Notes under the pieces: model-generated | Database searches by the model: none | The model's input: only the letters and a program-made list of their open reading frames with translations | Told to the model about the DNA's origin: nothing | Shown: positions 11,831 through 24,320 of the stretch, in pieces | Numbering within the stretch: position 1 is the first letter of the stretch | Layout of the letters: every line of letters begins with the position of its first letter | Position numbers and translations under genes: made by a program | Assembly (NCBI GenBank): GCA_976551045.1 | Contig: CDPCPM010000280.1 | Span: 1,488,001-1,552,000, forward strand | Source: Glaucostegus cemiculus | Taxonomy: Eukaryota | Direction of reading: 5' to 3' | DNA: 64,000 bases

Positions 11831-13989
11831 CCCTAATCATGCAATCAGCTTTTGTTTGCCAATGGTTTTGAGATATTTCACCACATTTGATATGAAATAG
11901 CCTGTTCCCTTGTTGATCCCTTAACATACTGCTCTGGAAAATTATCTCTCATACACACCTTGAGTTCATCTTTGACCACTATTAATTGGGTTTGTCCCAT
12001 CTATTTATCCATTAAAGTCCATCTGATTGTTGCATTACTCTCGTTTACATGTACCTGCAATTTCCTGATTTGTACCATGTCCTGGGGACCTACAGATAAC
12101 TACCACCAAAGTTTTCTTCTTCCTGCTGTTTCTTAGTTCCACTCAAACTGATTTTACTTTTTGTGTTTCTGAGCTATGATCATTTCTCTCTCCTGCTTTT
12201 ACCCCGTGCTTTATCCTGAAACTGAAATCTGTGATCCCTCCCCTAGTTAACTTAAAATCTTTCCTACAGCCCTTGTTAGTTGATTCATAAGTTCATTGGT
12301 CCCAACCTGATTCATTCTAATGGAACAGCTTCCTCTTTCCCAGCTATTGATATCTGTCCCCTGTGAATTGAACCCATTTCTCCCACTCACTCATGACCAC
12401 TTCTTGCACTGTAACAATGATGTACCCATCACTAAATGTTGTAAACTGATGAATTAGTTTTGTCCTGTGACTGACCCCTAGTGTTTGTTCAGGCTGACAT
12501 ACTACAGCAGACAGGACGGGGGTTTCCCGCGTCCCGTTTTATGGAAACAAGAAGGAGTTTCCATGTATGGGTCCACAGCAGTGCATCAGTGTTGCAGGCC
12601 CAGGAAGATACTAATGCCCAGCGTCCTTCTCCAACTAGCTCTCAGCACCAGTCCCTCACAGCATCAAGTGCTTCAGTTTGACTCAACACGAAGCCTGCTG
12701 ATTGAAGCCCCACTCAACAATCTTAGCCCTTACACTGGCTGTGGTGATGTACTGGGTGAACACTGCACTGTAGGAGATGCTATTTTTTGGTTAAGCTATG
12801 TGATGTGTTTGTAAATGTCTACATATGACATAAGCACACATGGCAGCTGTTAGTCTACATATGTTCTAAAGCTCCTGGTGTCTGTTCCCTCCTACTCCAT
12901 TCAATAGTTCTACAGAGTGGCTCACTTACCATCATTCAACATTAAACCAAGGCCTCATCCACCTGTTCCTGTGGTATGGAGGACCCACAGCAGCACTGAA
13001 GAGGAGCAACACCTTCCTCCCACAGTCCTACAACCTAACCATCAACAACAACGGGTTCAGGTTGTATGAATGTTCTCTCTGGTCTCAAATTACTCTTGTG
13101 ATTGTCAAGAAAATGACAGTCATGGCAGCCACACTTAATTCAATGTGAAACATTTCAATATCATGAGGAGCTGTATAAATGACATATGATTCATAACTAT
13201 ATAAAACTTAGCAACAACAATTTCCCATTGCATATCTCAAGACAAGATATTTTTGACTTATCTCGTCTAAATTCAATTTCAAAGTGATTCAACAGAGCTC
13301 ACAGCCAGAAGTCCCTGTAATGCCCCGCCTTGGCTGTTAAATGTTGTGGGATGTATCCGTTCTGTTCTCCAAGATTTTTTGTCACATTCTCATTAGGTAA
13401 AACGTAAAGTCTGGGATGGCCATGGGAATATTTGATGCAGGTTTCTTGCTCCCAGCAGTGGGTTCCTCTTGTGTGCAATTAGTAGTGTGTATGTACTAAA
13501 TTGGACACAGTGCCTGACCTCTGAGAATCCAGAGTGCAACAGCACTGAATGAAGCCACTTGGCTCCCAAAGTCTGTGCCAGATTTCACACTTGGTTCATG
13601 GATGGTTCTAGATTTCTTTTCTTTCCCTACAGCCCCCAAATGTTTCCACTTCCAATTTATTTTCAACACCCTATTGAAAGCTAATGCTGATTAGTTTTGA
13701 CTAACCTTTCCAGCAGTGGGTTCCTAACTATAACATCGCATTGTGTGAACACCCTCTCCAAGTCCTTAACATTCTTTGTAAAGTGTGGCACCAGGAGATG
13801 GCCACAGTAACCTAGCTGGGTAAATTGGTGGTGCTGTGGTTAAATTACAAGACTAATAATACGGAGATCTGAAATAATATTCCAAGGATATGAGTTCAAA
13901 TCCGACCACAACCACTGAAAATTTAAAGGAAGAAGTTGCTGACAATAACTAATGTTAGTAATAATGACTACGGAACTACCAGAATGGTG

Positions 13990-14947
13990 AGGGACTCTTG
14001 GATCTTGCCCTTGGGCCCCCCATCTGCAGCTGGCTTCTAGACTTTCTGACCAGCAGACCTCATTTGGTTAGAATTTGTCATAACATATTATCCATCCTTC
14101 CCCTTAACACTGGTGTTCCTCAGGGTTGTGTGCTCAGTCCCCTGCTCTGCTCCCTGTATACTCATGACTGTGTGGCCAGAGCCAACTCATCACAACCCTG
14201 TCCTCATCAACAAAGTTGCTGTAGAGATGGTCAACAGCTTCAAGTTCCTAGGCATCCATATCACCAGCAACCTCACCTGGTCCCTTCACAATGATGTGGT
14301 GATCAGGAAAGTACATGAGTGTATTTACTTTCTTAGGCATTTGAGAAAATTTGGTATGTCCACAAGGATTCTCTTGAACTTCTACAGATGCTCTGTAGAA
14401 AGTATCCCGACAGGTGGCATCTCAGCCTGGTATAGCAACCGTTCTGCTCTGGAATGATGGAACCTGCAGAGGGTGTAAACACTGCCCTGTCCGTCACAGG
14501 ATGGTCCATCCAGTGCATTGCTACAGTATCGTCAAAGATGCCTGCTGCCATGGCCATTCCCTTTTCTCTCTTCTACCTTCTTGGGAGAAGATACAGGAGT
14601 TTGAAAGCCTGGATGACCAGACTCAAGAACACTTTCTTCCCCACTGCTATCAGACTTCTGAACCAATCACCTCCTTCACATCCCCTTCCCGGTATTGCTG
14701 CCGCATTCTCAATCTCTTAATGCTACCTCTCTCAGTTATTCCATTATTGTCACTTTAGCGTTTCGTTTTGAACTACTTCAGATTGCACCACTCTGTTATA
14801 CTTTGCACCATTTTGTTGTTCTGCGCTCGTTGCTGTCTTTATTGCTCTATTTATTATTACCATGTACACTGTTTACTCTGTGAGCTTCACGCGAGCAAGT
14901 AATTCATTGCACCTTGGTGTATATGACAATAAACTGATCTGAATCTG
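13990..14947 (+). mobile_element. Rex1/Babar-clade LINE, 5'-truncated and internally deleted, inserted into an older SINE (13828-13985 / 14948-15010)
   Basis: RT motif LNTGVPQGCVLSPLLCSLYTHDCVA, then FKFLGIHITSNLTWS, LRKFGMS..LLNFYRCSVES and RLKNTFFPTAIRLLN. Tail aataaactgatctgaatctga. The FADD segment is missing at ~14185. Confidence 0.85.
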
Positions 14948-16113
14948 AGGGAATCTGTCATCCTTATTCAGTTTGGCTTTACTGCAGCAGCTATGTGGAC
15001 ACTCTTATATTGCTAAGCAATTGGTTTCATTGTATGGCGGAACACTCCTAATGCTGTTTGTTATGGTCTATGCCATTCAGTTGTTCCATGACTCCCTTAT
15101 TGAAATAGAAAAGGAATAAAATTGGACAGATCACCTGGCATCAAACTCAGCACCAAATTCTCACTCAGCCAGTCTTCCTTTCAATCTATGGACCAGTCAT
15201 GACACAAGCTGACATAGATGTCCTCACAGAATTAAACATTAAAGACTCCTCCGTCACAATCCCTGAATACTTTCTGATGCATCAATAGAACAAGCCTTGA
15301 AATGATGCTCTCTCGACCCAGATCATGAATGTATATCCAGAAACACAGTGGTCCCAGCACTATCCCCCACAGAAAGCTGTTGGTTATTATAATGAATACA
15401 AATGGAAGACTCAGGCAGTAAAGGTTTCTCCTTCGTCATATGCAATAAACACAGGATGTAGTAGTTTGAGTGAGTCATACACTGCTTCCAAGATTCAGTT
15501 CCCATGAGTACAGTGGGACTGAATTTCAGAACAGAAGCAACGCTCTTATTGTGTGTTTGATGCACGTGACATTGGACGCACTTCTAATCCTTTTCTCCTG
15601 CTGGACATGAGCATGGTCACTGGGAGAACCCAGCCCCTAACCATTACACATCAGACATTGCATTCCACAACTCCGCTGTAAAACATTATAAAAGTCACTG
15701 GTCTTCATTCTGAGATCTTTGAACACTTGCAAATGTACTCTGACTGAACTCAACAGTGCTTTAATAGGTGGAGTTCTCTGGATTTTCCCATTAGCAATAG
15801 TGAAGACTGGGTTAGCAGCAAAACATCACTGTTGTGCTCCAGAGTCCAGGCTGTGTTTTGAGTAACTTCCCAGAGTTTTGTTAGTGATGGAATATTTGTA
15901 TGTATGCACAGAATGGGAAGTGTTGATATGTTAAGTGACCTTCTTCACTCCTGACATTACTGCTTTTTCCATTAACAGGAAGTTGCTTTCTATAGGTATA
16001 CACATCCAACTGATGGGATCCTCAAGGTATTGTCCAAGAGAGAGGAGCATATTTATATGTCTGAGGTATAAAGGTGGCATGTTACTAGACCAGCAATCCA
16101 CATGCCTGTATTA

Positions 16114-16415
16114 ATCAGAATCAGAATCAGTTTTATTGTCACTACCATATACACATACAGTATGCATAGGAGCGAAATACCGTACTCCACAGGTCAAGGT
16201 GCTCGTCACATTAAAAAAAAAGAGAAACAGACACTGAGAAACACAAAGACAGAGAGACACTAAAAACATTAGAGCCACAAAATTAAATTATACAACTAAA
16301 TAAATAATCTTACAGTGAGCATACTGGCAGTGGACATTGAAAGTGCTGGTGTGTTTCTGTACGCCTAGCATCCTTTAGTGTTGGCGGGAGTGATGGAGAG
16401 ATGAGGGAGTGAAAC
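16114..16415 (-). mobile_element. Short non-LTR retroelement 3' end with an (ATTCTG)n tail, inserted in an older SINE (16073-16113 / 16420-16715)
   Basis: Related copies at 19638-19790 and 50028-50272 share ggagcgaaataccgtactccac. Confidence 0.75.
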
Positions 16416-17040
16416 CAAAGATTACAAGTTTCAATCCCACAGTTTAGTGTCAAAATTTGAATTATTTTATTTAAACCTGTAAATAAAATGCTGGTGTCAG
16501 TAACAACAAATATGCTAGATTGTCATAATAACTAAAATTCCTTCACAGAAGTAAGTCTGCCGTCCTTTCTCAGTCTTGGTCTGTACGTGACACCAGACCC
16601 ATAACATTGTGGTTGACTCTTAACTGCTCTCTGAGAAGGCCTCATGAGGCACGTGGAATGGGCATTGTATGCCAGGCTTGTCACTGACACCTTCATCCTA
16701 AGAATGAATTTAAAAATGACCTTCGATAGTGCCGTTTCTATAGTGCATTGCATTGTGGGAAACAGGCCCTTCCATTAACATCAATTGTTGGTGCACAAGC
16801 CTGGAGCTGTTTTTCAGTTTCAACGTCAGCCACTGAACAGAAGGGAGGTCACATTCCATGTGACACCCATCCTGGGGTTGTGGGAGAGGAGGTGGTGGGT
16901 GTGCTGGAGGAGGTGGGGTAGGGGTGGAGATGGAACCTGGGTATCTTTCAGCTATTGTTTCAAATTCAATCTACCCAGCACCTTCGTCCCAAGGTAATGC
17001 ATTCCAAGTAAAAATATCTATTCAGTTAAGAGCGACTTAC

Positions 17041-17155
17041 CCCCATAGATGGTGTTAACGGCGAGGAAGTAGTTATAATACAGAGCATGGTTCTCCTGGA
17101 GCTTCTCATGGTTCTCGTGGTTGGTAGGTCCTGGCTGTGGTGAGGCCTGGCTCAT
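17041..17155 (-). CDS. PLCH2: Probable alternative first coding exon of phospholipase C eta-2: MSQASPQPGPTNHENHEKLQENHALYYNYFLAVNTIYG + 1 nt
   Basis: Seen: ATG with A at -3, an upstream in-frame TGA, 38 open codons, consensus donor GGG|gtaagt in phase 1, and acceptor-like tttgacag 6 nt before the ATG. Inferred: PLCH2 lies head-to-head with PEX10 in human, and PLC-eta first exons splice in phase 1 onto (V)ERCM. Confidence 0.6.
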
Positions 17156-17647
17156 CTTGTCCTGTCAAACAGCCAAAAGCAAGTTCTGGCGACTGACTGA
17201 ACCTTTCCGTCTCTGGCACAAAGGGGTGAATTCTCACAGGCGTTGCTGCTCACATATGTGGATGTTCCTTCCAATCTCCGCCAGAGCTCCCTCGTGCACC
17301 AGGTAAAATTTTTGAGCACTTGGCACTGCTGTTTAGTTGAGACTCAAGCATTCCTAGAAGGGTTTTCAGTTGGCTGAGCAAGCATTGAGGATCAAAGCAA
17401 CTGAACACACTTGAGATGGTGAGGAGGGAACTTCCTTCTTTTTGAAAAGAGGTAAATTAATGACTAGCTTGACAGTGTTCCAGGCATCTGGCCAACTCAG
17501 AACAGGTAGGCTTGCTTCAGTGCCTGTGGAAGGGAAGAAGTTTAAGTAAATCAGTTTACTTTTATAACTCTTAGAAGTCTGCTCGTGTCACAAAGAGAAC
17601 AGATAACAGAAAAAAGGAAGCGGCCTGGGTTCCAGCTCCCCTCTCAC

Positions 17648-17750
17648 CGTAACAGAAACTGAGCTGCACAGGGAGCTGCCAAAAAGGTGTGGAGAGGTAG
17701 TGGTGGAAGCCAGATGGCAGAGTGACAATGACGTCAGCTTATTAATTGGC
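17648..17750 (-). promoter_or_regulatory. Candidate promoter and short 5'UTR exon for the 17155 exon
   Basis: Perfect CRE TGACGTCA at 17729-17736, CCAAT on the - strand at 17745-17749, E-box CAGATG at 17711-17716. Minus-strand donor ACG|gtgaga with the exon ending at 17648. Confidence 0.45.
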
Positions 17751-18014
17751 ATCCTACGTAGTTTACACAAGGGCGAGCCAAAAAACTGAAGCAATACATG
17801 GACTCATTGAGTGAAGGACTGGCATGGCAGGAAATGAACTGAACACCATCACTAGGATTGCAGCATTACGTAATTGTGGAGGGGCAAAATTGTTACAGAT
17901 GCCAAAGCAAGCTGTGAACAAAGCCCTGCAGAACAAGTCAAGAATTTGTCCTCCCTGACTTTTTCCAAGAAAATTGTTTTAATCCAGTGTGCAATACCTT
18001 ATGGTATAACAGTA

Positions 18015-18510
18015 CATAGAACATAGAAACCTACAGCACAATTCAGGCCCTTCGGCCCACAAAGCTGTGCTGAACATGTCCCCACACTACTAGGCTTACC
18101 CATAGCCTTCTATCTTATTTACCTCCATGTACCTATCCAACAGTCTCTTGAAAGACCCTAACGTATCCGCCTCCACCACCATCTCCGGCAGCCCATTCCA
18201 CGCACTCACCACTCTCTGAGTAAAAAACTTACCCCTAACATCTCCCCTATATCTTCCCCCCAGCACCTTAAACCTATGTCCTCTTGTGGCCACCATTTCA
18301 GCCCTGGGGAAAAGCCTCTGACTATCTACCCTATCCATACCTCTCATCATCTTGTACACCTCAATCAGGTGCCCCCTCATCCTCCTCCTCTCCAAGGAGA
18401 AAAGGCCGAGTCCCCGCAGCCTGCTCTCATAAGGCATGCTCCTCATTCCAGGCAGCATCCTCGTAAACCTCCTCTGCACCCTCTCTATAGCTTCCACATC
18501 CTTCCTGTAG
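18015..18510 (-). mobile_element. Young CR1 LINE 3' end with an intact reading frame
   Basis: ORF 18096..18575 reads YRKDVEAIERVQRRFTRMLPG...FFTQRVVSAWNGLP. Flanked by a probable AGTACA target-site duplication (18011-18016 and 18509-18514). Confidence 0.92.
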
Positions 18511-18589
18511 TACAGAGTATTGGTTGGTACGAGTCTGTTGCTGTTTAGCACTGTTAGGAATATTGGTTGATACATGTCTGCCTTGGGTG

Positions 18590-18950
18590 GAACACTGCCG
18601 CAGCAGTTAGTGCGGTTGCCTCACAGCTCCAGGGACCTATGTAAGATCCTGGCTTCGGCTGCTGTCTATATGGGGTTTGCACATTCTCCCCGTCACTGAA
18701 TGGCTTTTCCCCGAGTGCTCTGGTTTCCTCCCACATCCCAAAGGTGGGCTGGTGGATTAATTGGATACTGTAAATTATCCCTAGTGTAGGTAGATGGCAA
18801 AAGAAACAAAGGGGATTTGATTGGAAGAGAAAGAGAGAGTGAATAAGTTACAATGTTACAGGGAAATAATAAGAAAAATGGGACCAATGGGATTGCTTTA
18901 TTAGAAGCTAGCATGAATGTGATGGGCTGAATGGCCTTCCTCTAGTAAGT
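18590..18950 (+). mobile_element. Older V-type SINE
   Basis: tRNA-like head, V-domain and gatgggctgaatggcct tail. Similar copies at 27660-27970, 35060-35290 (-) and 52636-52940. Confidence 0.8.
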
Positions 18951-19637
18951 AAGAATTATGCAACACTGGTGTTTAATATTGATTTGTACAGGTCTGTCAC
19001 TGTATAAAGTGAGAAAAGTACTGTCTTGTGTAACACTGGGGTACACTATTGATGATACAGATTTGCCCTTGTATAGCCATGAGGTACAATATTGGCTGGT
19101 ACAGGACTATCACTGTATAATGGTGGGGTACAGGATTGTTTTTCACAGGTCTGTCACTGGATGTCTTGGAGTACAGGTGGCGATTGATATATCTGTCACT
19201 ATATAACAGTACAGTAGACTATGTGTAGGTATGTACGGGCAAGGGCTCAAAGTTGCTTCTCTCTTTAAGAATGGAAAGAAATAAACTTGGAAATAACAAG
19301 GCAGTTAGTCGAGAGTCAGTTGTGAGGAAATGCTAGAATTTGTCATTTGGGACAGAATGGCTGAACGTTTAGGCAAGCAAGAAGTGATAAGAGAGACAGC
19401 TTGGATTTGAGAAGGGGAAATTCTGTCCAACATAACCAATTACAGTGTCTGAAAAGAGAAGAAATGTGGCAGAGGGAATATCTATGAATGGGATTTGCAG
19501 AAGCCATTCCTTAAGGTTCAATAATACAGGAGACTGTTCACAAAAATGAAAGTAGATGGAAGTAGCCCATTGACAGGGTTAAGGAACTGCTTGACCATAG
19601 GGTATAGTGATTTGGGATAAAGGATATGTACTCCATT

Positions 19638-19790
19638 TAGAATCAGAATCAGTTTTTATTGTCTCTTCCATATACACGTTCAGCATGCATTGGAGCGAAA
19701 TACCGTACTCCACAGATCAAGGTGCTGGTCACATTAAAAATAATGAGAGACACAAAGACCTTAACGACATTGGAACCACAAAAATTAAAA
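19638..19790 (-). mobile_element. Copy of the (ATTCTG)n-tailed retroelement 3' end
   Basis: Similar to 16114-16290. Confidence 0.7.
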
Positions 19791-21211
19791 AGAGGCTCAA
19801 ATAAAACATTCTTAGAATGAATGTACTGATGCAGATTTAAAGATTTAGAAGGAAGTGTCCTCAGGTTCTGTTCCTGGGCCTCAGTTGTAAGGTCAGGTTT
19901 CACCCTATCATTGGTGCCATGTTCCCAGTGCAACCTGTCTCATGGTCAAGTTGTTGCAACTGAACCAAAGGCCCCAGTCAGCCTACCAGCAGATGGGGGG
20001 TTGTGTCGAGCCCAGGGGTCTAAAATCAAAACGTGCCAAAGGGTGGGTGAGCCAAAGTCCACCCGTATCTGGAGAAGAGACAGGCACTGGCAGGTGGTAC
20101 CTGCCAAAAGGATCACCAATGAGGTAAAGCCAATGTAATCTCCACAGGAAATGGTCAAAGATAGGGACAACCAACTGCTCAGCCATAAGCAGTGGTGAAA
20201 CTTCACACAGAAGCCCTGTGTAAATGACAGGTGGAGCACACACCTCACAAGCTACACATTCAGCTGCCCTATCTGTGGAAGCATCTGTAATTCTCACATT
20301 AGAGAGCTATTGTTTTGCAGAGGTTGCAATGTCCTCTGGCATACATGCTTAGTTTGCTGTGGTACTGAGGTAGGTTTCAGGTGTGGTCAGAAAACTTATT
20401 TCAAGTCGGCTTCAGTTCTCTCAGACAACTATGGGAGGTGGACAGTAACTGGAGTGCTGAATCCTAATCGCCTAATGAGCAGGTGGGATTACGGGGTGGA
20501 TGTGGTGGGGTGGACGGGACGGCTTCCTCGGAAGCAAACTCCTGTGACGGTCTCTAACACCGAGCCTGCTGTCTGAACCATGGTACTGGGAGAGCCAGGT
20601 GACCCAGCAGCAGGTCAGGAGTAGAGAAACGGAGAGACCTGAAATTGTACTCATGGGGATGACGCTGACAGAGGAGCCCAGGAGGCTGCAACGTTTGAAA
20701 TAGTTTTGCTCTTTCTTTCAGTCCAAGTCAACCCTCAGATGACAAGCAGGAGCTTGCCCTTGGGAGCAATCCTTCCTCCAATCTCGGCAACAGCGACACT
20801 CACAACCACTCACCCTGTTCAAACCCATCAGAAAAGGTGACTAATCAGAGAATACCTGGAGGCAAGTCCTTTCAATGTACATATCACAAGGAAGCTGCAG
20901 AGATAACACTGCATACAGCTCAGAACATGGAGGCAGTGGTGAGAGGGAGGACATTAAAAAGGTTCGCAAAGATAATAACCAAACTGAGAGTTTATAACTT
21001 TCAGGAAGAGCTGCACGTACTGGAGCACCTTTCCCCAGAAGAGGTGAAGCTGAGGGCTGATGCAAAAGAGTCTTTAATATAAAGAAGGGGATAAGAAATG
21101 TGGACGTGGGGCAGATTTCTTTGGAACAAAGTAGATAGATATGTAAAACACCAGTAAATCCAGCAGGGAATTCAAGAGAAACTTCAGACAGAGGCAAGAA
21201 TGTAGAGTGCA

Positions 21212-21590
21212 AGACTGGCAGGTAAAGAGGAGACTGACGTTCAAGCACTGAGGTGGGAGGGGCCACATCCCAGGCACTCCCAGAAGCACTATTAAGGGCG
21301 GGGACCTTCGAACAGCAGCGCGGGGTTATGACACTTTCCACATCCTCAGGATTTGCCTTCACGGCCTGCATTGTTGCCCTCAGGGCAGGGCGCAGGTTTA
21401 TCGACTCCTCCTCCATCCTTTGTCCACAGAGGAAGCTGAATCTGAGGACTACTTGAAGCCTTCAGTCTTGAGGCCTTTGAATGGACAAGCTGTCCATGCT
21501 CACAGAAGCAACACATTTAGGAGAAGGGAGGGGAGGTGGGAGGGAGGCACAGGAGGGGAGTGGGGAGCAAGCAGTCTGCAAACACTCACA
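21212..21590. repeat. Diverged direct repeat, copy A
   Basis: Shares colinear blocks with 23949-24320: ggcaggtaaagaggagactga, atcccaggcactcc, ttccacatcctc, gatttgccttcacggcctgca, aggaagctgaatctg, gcaacacatttaggaga. Confidence 0.85.
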
Positions 21591-22899
21591 ACAGTTTGAA
21601 ACACGTTTAGGAGAACAAGAAAAGCACAGATGGATTAAAGAGAAAATTAGGTAAACATGTAGAGGGAAAGGAAATGAAAGACATGCCAATGGAGTGAGAT
21701 AATAAGTGTGTGACGAAGTTTGTGTGTATGTACCAGTTTGGCTCAATGTCTCAGATTCTTTGTTGATGTACACAATACAGTATAAATCAGATGTGTCTCA
21801 CTAAAGTTACCAGTCCCCATGGAATTACTTGATGAAATAAATAATGCAGAGAAAAATAGGGATGAGATATGGGCTAGTGTCTGTCTATTTACAGTGTACA
21901 GTTAGTTATTATAATAGTAGATACCCAGGGGAGACTTACAGACTGGGGCCTATTCAGAAGTTTTATTGGGTGCCCAGATATGAGTAACAGAGACAGGGCT
22001 AGAGTTGGTCATGAGTGTGAGTGGAGACAGGGAGAATGAGAGGAGAAGCGAGCGTAGGGGAGAGAACGAGGGTGAGGAGGCGAAATGGAGAGACGATGAG
22101 AGGGGAGACAGCACATATGAGAGGAGGGGGAAGTGTTGGGAAGGAGGGGGAGAACAGCGGAGCAACGGACGCACTAAAGAGTGAAGGGAAAAGATATATG
22201 AAGAGAGCAGCGGGTTGAGAAGTAGGGGAGGCATGGTGGAGAAAGAGACTGGAGGAAGGTCAATACGGTGAAGGTTGAGTTGATGGGGAGGAAAATGGAA
22301 AGGAGGTGGAGAAAGGAAGGAGAGGATGGGTGGATTGCCAGTTGAAGGGGGTTGTGTCTGTTAAGCTGACAATAGGCCTTGTCCAGGTCATATTAGGGGC
22401 AGACCGTGGCTTCCAGTTCCACAGCTGGTGCAGCTGCTAGCTGGTACCTGGTTAGGATGTGAGCACTGGCACTGCGACCTGTCACTGTCTCCTACTGGAT
22501 AAACCAGTGCATCATCTGGGCACCCCCGGCCAATGGCTGGAAATCAGGAGCAGAACTGTTGACCAGCCTTGTGTATGAGGATCTCTACCCATTCTCCCCC
22601 ACACCCTAGTTCCCTCCAGAATCCTCGACAAGTGGACATCCCCCAGGACAGCCTCTTGCATTTATTTGGTGCTTGAGACATGATTCGTGTTCAGCATTTC
22701 TGAACAATGTGAAACAGTGAGCCCATTAATAAGAGATCAATACAGGTGACCAAAAGCTTGGCTAAAGAGCTGGGGTTTTAATTTGGAACTTAGTGCGAGG
22801 CAGGGGATTTAGAGAGGAAATTCCAGAGCTGTTGAAGGCCTGGCTGTCAACGGTAGTCTTTTTGGAAACCGCAGCTGATTTAGAAGAGTACTGAGCTCT

Positions 22900-23325
22900 C
22901 AGAGGTTTCGTCAGGGCTGGGGGAGTTAACAGAGATAGGGAGGGGTGTTGGAGCTGGAGGAGGTTACGGGGATAGGGAGAAGTGTAGCGGCTGTAAGAAG
23001 TTACAGATAGAGAGGGGGGTAGCAGCTGGAGGAGGTTATAGAGTTATGCAGGAGTTAGGGTTTGGAAGAATTATAGATAGGGACAGCTATAGAGAGTGTG
23101 TGTGGGTGTTACAGAGGTATGCAGGAGTATGCAGGAGTGTAGGGAAAGTTACAGAGATAGCGAGGGATGTGGGGACTTGGGGGAGTTACGGATATAGAAG
23201 CTGAAGGAGTTAACAGAGATAGGGAGGGTGTGGAGTCTGGGGGGGGTGACAGAGATTGGAAGGTTTGTAGGGTGTAGGGATTACAGGTTACAGAGACAGG
23301 GAAGAGTGTAGGGGTGTAGGGACTG
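22900..23325. repeat. Degenerate minisatellite (ggaggagttacagagatagggaggg...tgtagggg-type units)
   Basis: Repeated gttacagagatagggagg / tgtagggg motifs. Confidence 0.75.
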
Positions 23326-23591
23326 ACCCACTGAATGTTTCCAGTAGCTCGAGTTTTTATTTTGAGTTACCTTTACGTTACTACAATGTAAAAGTACTTG
23401 ATAGTCTGTAGGGTACCGAGGTTGTGAGGGGTGATACATAAACACAAGTCTTTCTTTTTCTGCAGGTGGGGCTACTCCTGTGTCCCATATGGCCTTGTCC
23501 TCCTGAATGGCAGAGGAGCTGATTTTATTGAGCAGGGTGAAGGAGTGGTTATTACACAGGCCCTGGCATGCCTCCTGGCCACAGTCTGACT

Positions 23592-23848
23592 GCGGCATGA
23601 TAGCGTAGCGGTTAGCGCGACGCTGTTACAGCGCCAGCGATCGGGGTTTGATTCCCGCCGCTGACTGTAAGGAGTTTGTACGTTCTCCCGTGTCTGCGTG
23701 GGTTTCCTCCAGGTGCTCTGGTTTCTTCCCACATTCTAAAAGACGTACGGGTAGGTTAATTTGGGGGTTTAAAATGGGCGGCGCGGACTCGTTGGGCCGA
23801 AAGGGCCTGTTACCATGCTGTAAATAAAATTTTTAAAAAAATTAAAAA
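23592..23848 (+). mobile_element. V-type SINE (family A), full length
   Basis: gcggcatgatagcgtagcggttagc head, V-domain, and tail ending taaataaaattttt. Confidence 0.92.
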
Positions 23849-23948
23849 TAGAACAATGAGTGGCAATTCATGGCAACAATGAGTACCAGTGAACCAAATC
23901 TGTGAGTTCAACACCAAGCACAGAGAGAACAGTCTCTCCCATTGTGGA

Positions 23949-24320
23949 GAGACGGGCAGGTAAAGAGGAGACTGATGTTCAAGCACTGTGTGGGTGCAGA
24001 GGAGGCCTATCCCAGGCACTCCGAGAACAGCAGCCTGGGGTCATGACATTTTCCACATCCTCGATTTGCCTTCACGGCCTGCACTGTTGCCCATGGGGCA
24101 GGGGGCAGATTAGTTGGCTCACCATCAGCTCGGAGTGAGAACCTTCACCCCAGCCCAGCCAGGAAGCTGAATCTGGAAATTATTTGGAAGCTTCGATCAT
24201 GAGGCATTCTCTGATGGACAAGCAGTCTGCAAACACTCACAGAGGCAACACATTTAGGAGAGGGGAGGGGAGGTGGAAGGGAAGCAAGGGACGCGGAAGG
24301 GGTGAGTGGGGGGAGGTGGG
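23949..24320. repeat. Diverged direct repeat, copy B
   Basis: Colinear with 21212-21590 apart from indels. Confidence 0.85.

Noticed and set aside
16114-16380. Apparent identical end-point with the copy at 50028-50272, suggesting a defined short element
   Set aside because: The 16-kb copy seems to extend to ~16415, where the host SINE resumes, so the 50-kb copy is probably just more truncated.
18096-18575. 159-aa ORF as a host gene
   Set aside because: It is the C-terminus of CR1 ORF2 in a 5'-truncated insertion.
20130-20300. CPICGSICNSHI zinc-finger-like peptide
   Set aside because: Most likely the decayed C-terminus of an RTE-type LINE; there is no exon structure.
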